A stretch of DNA of 14,919 bases, taken from assembly GCA_963726245.1 (NCBI GenBank), contig CAVSBT010000018.1:1-14919 (forward strand), given 5' to 3'. Position numbers and translations under genes: made by a program. Of the stretch, positions 7,474 to 14,919 are shown in pieces; the stretch's first letter is position 1, and every line of letters starts with the position of its first letter. A model generated the notes under the pieces. That model worked only from the letters and a program-made list of their open reading frames with translations. It had not been told where the DNA came from and did not search any database. The DNA is from an uncultured Chloroflexia bacterium (lineage in GTDB: Bacteria; Chloroflexota; Dehalococcoidia; DSTF01; JALHUB01).

Positions 7474-10400
7474 TGGCCGAGGCAACTACCTCTAGCCTGC
7501 TGGACGAGCAGCCGGAGATGGGCCTGGAGCTGCCCTCCAAGGTGGGGGCTGTCCTCGTGGTGGGTGCCGGGGTAAGCGGCATTCAGGCGTCGCTGGACCT
7601 GGCCGCGACCGGCTTCAAGGTCTACCTGGTGGACGAGTCGCCGAGCATCGGCGGCCGCATGGCCCAGCTCGACAAGACGTTCCCCACCAACGACTGCTCG
7701 ATGTGCATCCTCTCGCCGAAGCTGATCGACTGCGAGAGGAACCCGAACATCGAGATCATAACGCGGGCGCGTGTCGACGAGGTGCAGGGAGAGGCGGGCA
7801 ACTTCACGGTGGCCCTGCTAAAGAAGCCCCGCTTCGTCGATGAAGAGAAGTGCACCGGCTGCGGGACCTGCGCCGACTACTGCCCGGTGTTCGTGCCCGA
7901 CCCCTTCAACGAGGGCCTGTCGACCACGAAGTGCATCCATGTCCCCTTTGCCCAGGCCGTGCCGGCAGTATCGGTAGTTGATGCGGAGCGCTGCCTCTTC
8001 CACACGTTGCGGCAGTGCAAGATATGCGCTCAGACGTGCCGCCGCAAGGCAATCGACATGCGCCAGAGCGAACACAGGGTGGAGATCAACGTCGGCGCCA
8101 TCATCCTGGCGCCCGGCTATGAGGCGTTCGATGCCGAGCGCGAAGCCGGAGTACGGCTACGGGCGCTACCGCAACGTGGTGACCGGCCTGGAGTTCGAGC
8201 GCATCCTCAGCGCCGCCGGCCCCAGTGGAGGAGAGGTGATTCGCCCCTCGGATGGACGGCCGGCAAAGAGGATCGCCTGGATCCAGTGCGTCGGCTCCCG
8301 CGATCCCGCCCACGGCCGGGCCTACTGCTCGGCTGTGTGCTGCATGTACGCCGCGAAGCAGTTGACGATGGCTCGGGAGCACGACGCGGGCGTTGAGGCC
8401 ACCGTCTTCCACAACGACGTCCGCAGCTACGGCAAGGGGTTCGAGCAGTACTACCGCCGGGTAAGCCGCCAGCCGGGCGTGCGCTACGTCCGGACCCTCG
8501 TCTCCACCATCAAAGAGGTGCAGGAGTCGAAGGGACTCCTCATCCGCTTCTGGGGCGAAGACAGCAAGGGCCACGAGGAGGAGTTCGACCTGGTGGTGCT
8601 CTCGGTGGGTATGGCGCCGAGCGCCGGCAGCCTGGAGCTGGCCGAGAAGCTGGGTGTGGAGATCGATGGCAACGGCTTCTGCCGCACGAGCTACTCCTCG
8701 CCGGTCTCCACCTCCCGCGCCGGTGTCTTCGTGGCGGGTGTCTTCGCCGGCCCGGCCGACATCCCTCAGTCCGTGACCATGGCGAGCGGTGCGGCGTCCC
8801 TGTCGGCGCAGCTCCTGGCTGACGTTCGCGGCAGCCTGGCGACCGCAAAGGAGTATCCTGCCGAGAAGGACGTCTCCGGTCAGCGTCCCCGCATCGGAGT
8901 CTTCATCTGCCGCTGCGGCACCAACATCGGCCGTGTCGTGGACGTGCCGTCGCTCGTGCACCACGCCCGCAGCCTCCCTGACGTCGCGCACGCCGAAGAG
9001 AACCTCTTCACCTGTTCGGTGGATACGTCGCGGCGCATCATCGAGGCCGTCGAGGAGATGGGCCTAAACCGGGTGGTGGTCGCCGCCTGCACGCCGCGCA
9101 CCCACGAGCCGCTGTTCCAGGACACCATACGTCAGGCCGGCCTGAACGCCACCCTCTTCGAGATGGCCAACATCCGCGAGCAATGCTCCTGGGTGCACAT
9201 GCACCAGCAAGAGATCGCGACCCACAAGGCCGCTGAGCTCGTGACCATGGCTGTGGCGCGGGCCCGAATCTCCCGCCCGGCCTCGCGCCTCTCCCTGCCC
9301 GTGAACCACTCGGCCCTCGTGCTGGGCGGGGGAGTCGCCGGCATGACGGCGGCGCTGTCTCTGGCGGAGCAGGGCTTCCCCGTCCACGTGGTGGAGAAGA
9401 ATGACGAGTTGGGCGGCATAGCCGCCCGCCTGCGCTACTCCCTCGACGGGGGGGACGTCAGCGCGGAGGTGAAAGCCCTCGTCGAGCGGGTGGAGAGCGA
9501 CCCGCTGATCACCGTCCACCGCAATGCCGAGGCGCGGGAGGTCCGCGGCCACGTGGGCAACTTCTCGACCGTCATCGCCGGCCGCGGCGATGGGCAAGAG
9601 CGGCGTGTCGAGCACGGCGCGATCATCGTCGCAACCGGCGCGCGTGAAGGGCAGCCCGCCGGCTACCCGCACGGCGCAAGCGAGCGGGTGATGACCCTCC
9701 TCGAGCTGGAGGACGAGATAGCGTCGAAGGGCCCACTTGTGGCATCGGCCCGCAACGTCGCCTTCGTCCAGTGCGCCGGCTCCCGGAACGACGACAAGCC
9801 CTATTGTAGCCGGACCTGCTGCCGGCAGACGGTCAAGCTCGCCCTGAGGCTGAAGGAGCTCAACCCTGAGATAGAGGTGCACGTCTTCTACCGCGACATG
9901 ATGACCTACGGCCTGTCCGAAGAGTCGTACCGGCTGGCGCGGGAGCGAGGCGTCCGCTTCCACCGCTACCCGCCGGATGCGCCGCCGCAGGCTTCGGTAG
10001 ACGCCGGGTCAGGGCCGGTGCTGGTCACGGGCGAGGACTGCGACCTGGGCCGTGTAGTCGAGGTGGAGGCGGATATCCTGGCTCTCGCCGCGCCGACGGT
10101 CCCCAACGAGGACAACGCCCGCATCTCGAGCCTGCTCAAGGTGCCTCTGGACAGCGACGGCTTCTTCCTCGAGGCCCACATGAAGCTGCGTCCGGTGGAC
10201 TTCGCGCGCGACGGCGTGTTCCTCTGCGGTCTGGCGCACGGCCCGAAGTCGCTGGACGAGGCCATAGCCCAGGCCCAGGCCGCGGCCTCCCGCGCCGCCT
10301 CCGTCCTGGCGCAGGAGGCCCTGGAGGCGCCGGCGATCGTCGCCGAGGTGCAGGCCAGGAAGTGCTCGGGCTGCGGCCTCTGCGAGGCGGTGTGTCCCTT

Positions 10401-10557
10401 TGGGGCGATCAGCGTCAACGGCGAGGCGAGGGTCGCGGTGGTCGACGAGGTTGTGTGCAAGGGCTGCGGGGCGTGCGCCGCTGCCTGCTGGCCGGGGGCG
10501 ATCGACGTCCACGGCGTCAGCAACGAGCAGGTCCTCGCCTCGATAGCGGCTTTGTAG
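7473..10557 (+). CDS. hdrA: Large tandem-type heterodisulfide reductase subunit A with two FAD modules; +1 frameshift near 8134; ~1027 aa when corrected
   Basis: ATG overlaps the hdrB stop (TGATG). Motifs: VVGAGVSG, IGGRMAQLDKTFPTNDCSMC, inserted ferredoxin, then (+1 frame) EYGYGRYRNVVTGLEFER, QCVGSRD..YCSAVCC, RIGVFICRCGTNI, VLGGGVAG, QCAGSR..YCSRTCC, EAHMKLRPVD, and a C-terminal 2x[4Fe-4S] domain. Confidence 0.92.
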
Positions 10558-11022
10558 GTGGAGCGGCCGTCCGTGGAAGACAAGCACAGTCACTGGGAGC
10601 CGCGGATAGTGGCCTTTCTCTGCAACTGGTGCAGCTACGCCGGCGCCGACCTGGCGGGGACGAGCCGCCTCCAGTACCCGCCCAACACGCGCACAATCCG
10701 CGTGCCCTGCGCCGGTCGCGTCAACCCGCTCTTCATCGTCCGCGCCCTCATGCACGGCGCCGATGGCGTGCTGGTCTCCGGGTGCCACCCCGGCGACTGC
10801 CACTACCTCGAAGGCAACTACCTGGCCAGAAGGCGCTTCGCCGTCCTCAAGGGTCTGCTCGAGTACATGGGGATCGAAGAGGGGCGGGTGCAGTTCGCCT
10901 GGGTGTCGGCGTCTGAGGGCGGCAAGTTCGCCCACGTGGTGGCCGAGGTGGCCGAGTCGGTGCGGGCGCTGGGGCCCGCGCGGCAGTTGGCCGGGGCCCG
11001 CGAAGAAGAGGGGGCGCCGTGA
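10558..11022 (+). CDS. flxD: MvhD/FlxD [2Fe-2S] subunit (true start possibly the GTG at 10573)
   Basis: FLCNWCSYAGADLAG, RVPCAGR, GADGVLVSGCHPGDCHY and WVSASEG. GGAG at 10560-10563 precedes the in-frame GTG at 10573. Confidence 0.93.
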   Translation: MERPSVEDKHSHWEPRIVAFLCNWCSYAGADLAGTSRLQYPPNTRTIRVPCAGRVNPLFIVRALMHGADGVLVSGCHPGDCHYLEGNYLARRRFAVLKGLLEYMGIEEGRVQFAWVSASEGGKFAHVVAEVAESVRALGPARQLAGAREEEGAP

Positions 11023-11971
11023 CGGACCTCACGCCGGCGATAAGGGACGCTGCCAGGCGGCTGCTGACCGACGGGCTGGTCGATGTCGTCATCGGCTTTG
11101 AGGCGGGCACCCTGCCTCTGCGCACTTCGCCCTGCTTCGTGCGGGACGCGGCCGACGTCGAGCGGCTGGTCTGGAACATGAGCTGCGAGAACAACCTCGC
11201 GAAGTACCTGCCGCGGCGCGCCGAAAGAGTAGGGGTCATCGCCAAGGGCTGCGACACGCGCTCCATCGTCGGGCTTCTCAGGGAGGGCCAGATAGACGCG
11301 AGAGCGGCTGCACATCATCGGCGTCCCCTGCCGGGGCGTGATCGACCGGCGGCGCGTTGAGAGCGAGCTGGCGGGGAGAGAGGCGATCGACGCGTTGGAG
11401 GGGGAAGCTGGGGTACTTGTCCGCGGGGACGGCTTCGAGATCCCCCTGGAGAGGGAGCGCTACCTTGCACGCCTCCTGTCGCGCCTGCCGCTCGCGCAAC
11501 CCGGTGATATACGACACCCTCATCGGTGATCCGGTCGCCGAGGAGACGGCCTCGGACGAGTACGAGGCGGTGCGGGAGTTCGAGGCCCTGCCGGCCGGCG
11601 AGCGCTGGCAGTTCTTCGCGGCCCAGGCGAGCCGGTGCATCCGCTGCTACGCCTGCCGCAACGCCTGCCCGCTGTGCTACTGCGCAGAGTGCTTCGTTGA
11701 CGGCACGCAGCCCCGCTGGCTGAGCCCGTCGACCGACGCCACAAACGCCCTCGCCTTCCAGATCATGCGCGTCATGCACACGGCCGGTCGCTGCGTGGAC
11801 TGCGGCGCCTGCGAACGGGCCTGCCCGGTCGGCATCGACCTGAGGCTGCTGACCAAGAAGGTAGAGAAGGACGTGCAGGAGCTGTTTCACTACAAGGCCG
11901 GGCTCGACGCTCGCGAGCCGGCGCCGCTCTCCACGTTCAGCCCTGACGACCCTGGAGACTTCATCCGGTGA
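11019..11971 (+). CDS. flxC: FlxC-type Fe-S protein (FrhB/FdhB-related N-terminus plus 2x[4Fe-4S]); +1 frameshifts near 11298 and 11466; ~316 aa when corrected
   Basis: Three consecutive frames join into one protein: VDVVIGF..NNLAKYL..KGCDTRS..QID / RERLHIIGVPCRG..ERYL / HASCRAC..CIRCYACRNACPLCYCAEC..GRCVDCGACERACP. GTGA overlaps at both ends; position matches hdrCBA-flxDCBA. Confidence 0.85.
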
Positions 11972-13008
11972 AAGCGGCGCTTCTCGCAAAGGATCAGATG
12001 TCGGTGCTGCTGGAGGCGCTGCTCCGGGATCACGAGCTGTTCGCGCCTGTCGACGAGGGCGGCGTAATCGTATTCCGGCGCGTGGAATCATCGCAGCACG
12101 TGCTCCTCGACTACCACAACTCGACCCTGCCACCGAAGGGGCTCTTCTTCCCGCAGACGGAGACTCTTTTCGCCTACAGCCTGGAGCGAGGGCAGCTTGC
12201 CCTGGAGGAGCCGCAACCGGCGTCGCGGCCGCAGGTGCTGTTCGGCGTCCGGCCCTGCGATGCGCGGAGCTTCACCCTCCTGGACCGCGTGTTCGCCGGT
12301 GGCAGCCAGTGCGACGGGTGCTACGTGGCGCGGAGAGAAGACTGCACGGTGATCGGCTTGTCGTGCACGACACCGAAGGCCACCTGCTTCTGCACCTCGG
12401 TAGGGGGCGGACCATTCTCCGCAGTGGGCTCCGATGCGCTGCTGACAGACCTGGGAACGGACTACCTGCTCGAGGCGGTCACCGAAAAAGGGGCTCTTTT
12501 CCTGGAAAGCGTCGGCGGGCTCAGGGAGGCGGATGAAGGCAGTGTCCGCCGTAAGAGCGAGGCGCAGACGGCGGCAGAGACGTCTATCCGGTCTGCCATC
12601 CGGACGGAAGACATCGAGCGAAGGCTGCAGGAGATGTGGGACGACCCGTTCTGGGACCGCCTGTACGAGAAGTGCATCGGCTGCGGAGTCTGCACGTACC
12701 TCTGTCCGACCTGCCACTGCTTTGACATCGTGGACGAGGGCTCGGAGCAGCGAGGCTGCCGGCTCAAGCTCTGGGACTCCTGCATGTTCCCCCTCTTCAC
12801 CCGGCACACCTCCGGCCACAACCCACGGCCGACCGGCAAGGAGCGCTGGCGGCAGCGGCTGATGCACAAGTTCCGCTACTGGGCGGAGAGCCATGATGGT
12901 GAGGCGGGCTGCGTTGGCTGCGGCAGGTGCGTGACGAATTGCCCGGTGAACCTGGACATACGCCAGGTGCTGAGGGAGATCGAGTCGCTGAGCAGGCGGG
13001 CCGAGTGA
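11968..13008 (+). CDS. flxB: FlxB / AsrA-like 4Fe-4S dicluster protein
   Basis: 346 aa. Motifs LFGVRPCD, CFCTSVG, CIGCGVCTYLCPTCHCF, WDSC, RQRLMHKF and CVGCGRCVTNCP. Confidence 0.9.
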   Translation: MKAALLAKDQMSVLLEALLRDHELFAPVDEGGVIVFRRVESSQHVLLDYHNSTLPPKGLFFPQTETLFAYSLERGQLALEEPQPASRPQVLFGVRPCDARSFTLLDRVFAGGSQCDGCYVARREDCTVIGLSCTTPKATCFCTSVGGGPFSAVGSDALLTDLGTDYLLEAVTEKGALFLESVGGLREADEGSVRRKSEAQTAAETSIRSAIRTEDIERRLQEMWDDPFWDRLYEKCIGCGVCTYLCPTCHCFDIVDEGSEQRGCRLKLWDSCMFPLFTRHTSGHNPRPTGKERWRQRLMHKFRYWAESHDGEAGCVGCGRCVTNCPVNLDIRQVLREIESLSRRAE

Positions 13009-13853
13009 TGATCGCCAGGAGCCCGTATGCGCCCGTCCCCATGAGGATCGAGAAGGTCACGGTCGAGACGGAGGACCGCAGCATCAAGACCTTCGACCTC
13101 TCCTTCGTCCACAAGGAGGACGAGCAAGCCTTCAGCTATCTCCCCGGGCAGTTCGCGCAGCTCTCGGTGTTCGGGAAGGGTGAGGCGCCCTTCGGCATCG
13201 CGTCCTCGCCGACCAGGTCCGGCCTCCTTCAATTCACCGTCAGCCGGGCCGGCCTCCTAACCAGCGCCCTCCACCAGATGGAGCACGGGGACGTGGTAGG
13301 CGTAAGGGGGCCGCTGGGCTCCAGCTTCCCGCTGAAAGAGATGGAGGGCGCAGACCTGCTGGTCATCGGCGGCGGGTTCGCGTTCACCACGCTCCGTTCC
13401 TTCATCAACTACGTCTTGGAGAGAGAGAACCGGGGCAGGTTCGGGAAGCTCACTGTCGTCCATGGGGCGCGGACGCCGGGGATGCTGCTCTACCGGGGCG
13501 AGCTGGAGCAGTGGCGGCGGAGGGATGACCTAGACATTCATATGACGGCCGACGCCGCGGACGCCGACTGGAAGGGCCGGGTAGGCGTGGTGCCGGACGT
13601 GGTCGGCGACGTTGCGCCGGCGGCAGACGGCGCCTACGCCGTGGTGTGCGGACCGCCCGCCATGACTCGATACACCTTGCCGGTCCTGGAGCGGCTGAGT
13701 TTCCCGCCGGAGCGCGTGGTGCTCTCCCTGGAGATGAAGATGAAGTGCGGTATCGGGATGTGCGGCCGCTGCAACATCGGCAGCAGCTATGTCTGCAAAG
13801 AGGGCCCGGTCTTCACTCTGGCCGAGCTGAGGCGGCTGCCCCCCGAGTACTAG
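13008..13853 (+). CDS. flxA: FlxA / AsrB-PyrK-like FAD/NAD(H)-binding oxidoreductase with [2Fe-2S]; 281 aa
   Basis: ATG at 13008 overlaps the flxB stop (TGATG). Motifs PGQF, EAPFGIAS, RGPLG, IGGGFA, VCGPP and MKCGIGMCGRC..VCKEGPVF. Confidence 0.92.
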   Translation: MIARSPYAPVPMRIEKVTVETEDRSIKTFDLSFVHKEDEQAFSYLPGQFAQLSVFGKGEAPFGIASSPTRSGLLQFTVSRAGLLTSALHQMEHGDVVGVRGPLGSSFPLKEMEGADLLVIGGGFAFTTLRSFINYVLERENRGRFGKLTVVHGARTPGMLLYRGELEQWRRRDDLDIHMTADAADADWKGRVGVVPDVVGDVAPAADGAYAVVCGPPAMTRYTLPVLERLSFPPERVVLSLEMKMKCGIGMCGRCNIGSSYVCKEGPVFTLAELRRLPPEY

Positions 13854-13951
13854 GTCGCGCCGGGCAACGCCGAGGACGTGTGTCCACTGTTCGGCCCCGG
13901 CGGCGCGTCCACAGCCCGCTCGCTGAGTGCGGCCCCGTACGAGAAGTGCGC

Positions 13952-13996
13952 TATAATGCCCGCGGAGCGCGCGGTGCAAGCGCGCAGAGAAAGGTG
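13952..13996 (+). promoter_or_regulatory. Candidate -10 box and RBS downstream of the operon
   Basis: Perfect TATAAT (13952-13957) in GC-rich DNA; GAAAGGTG (13989-13996) ahead of the ATG at 14003. No good -35 hexamer. Confidence 0.4.
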
Positions 13997-14135
13997 ACGG
14001 CCATGGTCCAGGCTGAGCGCGACCCGGCGGTAGCGGAAGGTCTGGCTCGCGGGTGTAGAATGCGGCCAGGTCATCCCGCTCGCCGAAGGCGGGACTTCAC
14101 GCGGCCACGCCGCGCTCAAGCACCGATTGCCGCCC

Positions 14136-14783
14136 ATGACAGAAGCCTCCTTGCGCCCCACGTTTGATGACTTCGATGAATCGTTGAGCACCTACGTCTA
14201 CCTCAACTCAAAGATCGCTTCGGGTCAACGGGTCATACAGCACCCCTGGCAGAAGAGGGAACTTCTCGAAGCACTTGTCCTTCGTCTCGTCACTCTGTGG
14301 GAGGTATTCGTCGAAGACGTTCTCGTGGGCTGCCTGAGCTGGGACTCCTCACGATACGCCCAGTTTCATGGCGTTGTCCTGCGCAAGGATTTGTCAGCCG
14401 ACGAATGCCGAACGATGCTCACAGGCGGGGGCTACCTGGACTTCCGAGACGTAGGCCATGTTCAGGGGGTTGCTCAGCAGATCCTCGTCGTCAATCCGTT
14501 CACAGCGATTCCGGAGGCGAGTTCGAGAAAGATTGACGAGCTGATAGTCATGAGGAACTATATCTGCCATTACAGCGGCAGAGCCGAGCGAGCCCTGGCC
14601 GAAGTCTACAGAAACACCTACCACATGCAGAGGTTTCGGGAGCCGGGCAACTTCCTATGGGGGGACATCCGGCGTGGCGGGCCGATGCGAATTGGCGCGT
14701 ACCTGGATGCCTTGCAGGACGCCGCGTCAGCAATGCGGGCTGCTCTGGGTAAGTTGGAACAACGGCGAAGCGTCGACGCTTGA
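14136..14783 (+). CDS. HEPN-domain protein, putative endoribonuclease (RiboL-PSP-HEPN/MAE_28990-like)
   Basis: ORF of ~215 aa from ATG 14136 (ORF track starts at TTG 14127). Helical protein with LVTLWEVFVED and an RNYICH (RxxxxH) motif at 14553-14570. A TAGAAT -10-like box lies at 14056-14061. Confidence 0.7.
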   Translation: MTEASLRPTFDDFDESLSTYVYLNSKIASGQRVIQHPWQKRELLEALVLRLVTLWEVFVEDVLVGCLSWDSSRYAQFHGVVLRKDLSADECRTMLTGGGYLDFRDVGHVQGVAQQILVVNPFTAIPEASSRKIDELIVMRNYICHYSGRAERALAEVYRNTYHMQRFREPGNFLWGDIRRGGPMRIGAYLDALQDAASAMRAALGKLEQRRSVDA

Positions 14784-14810
14784 GGCTGAAGGCCTACCCA
14801 CAATCTGCGT

Positions 14811-14831
14811 GCCCCCGTAACTCAGTTGGAT
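14811..14831 (+). pseudogene. 5' fragment of a tRNA (Arg-like)
   Basis: GCCCCCG-TA-ACTC-AGTTGGAT fits the acceptor 5' strand, U8-A9, D-stem and D-loop of bacterial tRNA-Arg. Similarity stops there; no anticodon arm, T-loop or matching acceptor 3' strand follows. Confidence 0.5.
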
Positions 14832-14919
14832 TGACAAGATGCCAAGGGCCAGGTGGCCGCCGTCGCGATGGAAGCGCGCGGCTGTTCCCGTAGTTCCACG
14901 AAGCACTTGGAAGTAGTGT

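Noticed and set aside
7473-11022. Selenocysteine recoding in HdrA or MvhD/FlxD as the cause of the split ORFs
   Set aside because: Positions that are Sec in some homologues are Cys codons here (DCSMC, CNWC, GCHPGDCHY), and the breaks are frame changes rather than in-frame TGA.
11968-13853. Anaerobic sulfite reductase asrAB or sulfhydrogenase beta/gamma subunits
   Set aside because: No asrC or [NiFe]-hydrogenase subunits are present, and the position after hdrCBA-mvhD identifies these genes as flxB/flxA.
13854-13950. Rho-independent terminator after flxA
   Set aside because: Only weak GC pairings are present, with no U-tract.
461-13979. Many long minus-strand and alternate-frame ORFs (e.g. 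2117-3334, 5463-6716, 10009-10935)
   Set aside because: They are shadow ORFs of GC-rich coding sequence, overlap well-supported genes, and have no recognisable motifs.
14831-14859. TTGACA at 14831-14836 as a -35 box
   Set aside because: There is no plausible -10 hexamer 16-18 bp downstream (TGGCCG at 17 bp).

Overview
GC-rich bacterial window from an anaerobe; the style of the first gene suggests Chloroflexota/Dehalococcoidia, which is an inference only. From 5' to 3' it holds: (1) an alpha/beta-hydrolase-fold + class III nucleotide cyclase fusion with a degenerate hydrolase active site; (2) a ~700-bp non-coding region with palindromes, repeats, stem-loops and a near-consensus sigma70 promoter; (3) an ~11.8-kb + strand redox operon encoding a stand-alone FMN-binding glutamate-synthase-family protein, a small ferredoxin, an AOR-family protein lacking the usual catalytic residues, a BamC-like Fe-S protein, and hdrC-hdrB-hdrA (tandem two-FAD type)-flxD-flxC-flxB-flxA; (4) an accessory tail with an orphan promoter/RBS, a HEPN (RxxxxH) protein and a 21-bp tRNA 5' fragment. 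Five operon genes carry six single-base (+1) frameshifts, most likely sequencing or consensus errors; the ORF track therefore splits some genes and falsely fuses hdrC to hdrB. The best candidate for an undescribed system is the coupling of a glutaminase-less GltS FMN enzyme and a pseudo-AOR/BamC pair to an electron-bifurcating HdrABC-FlxABCD complex.
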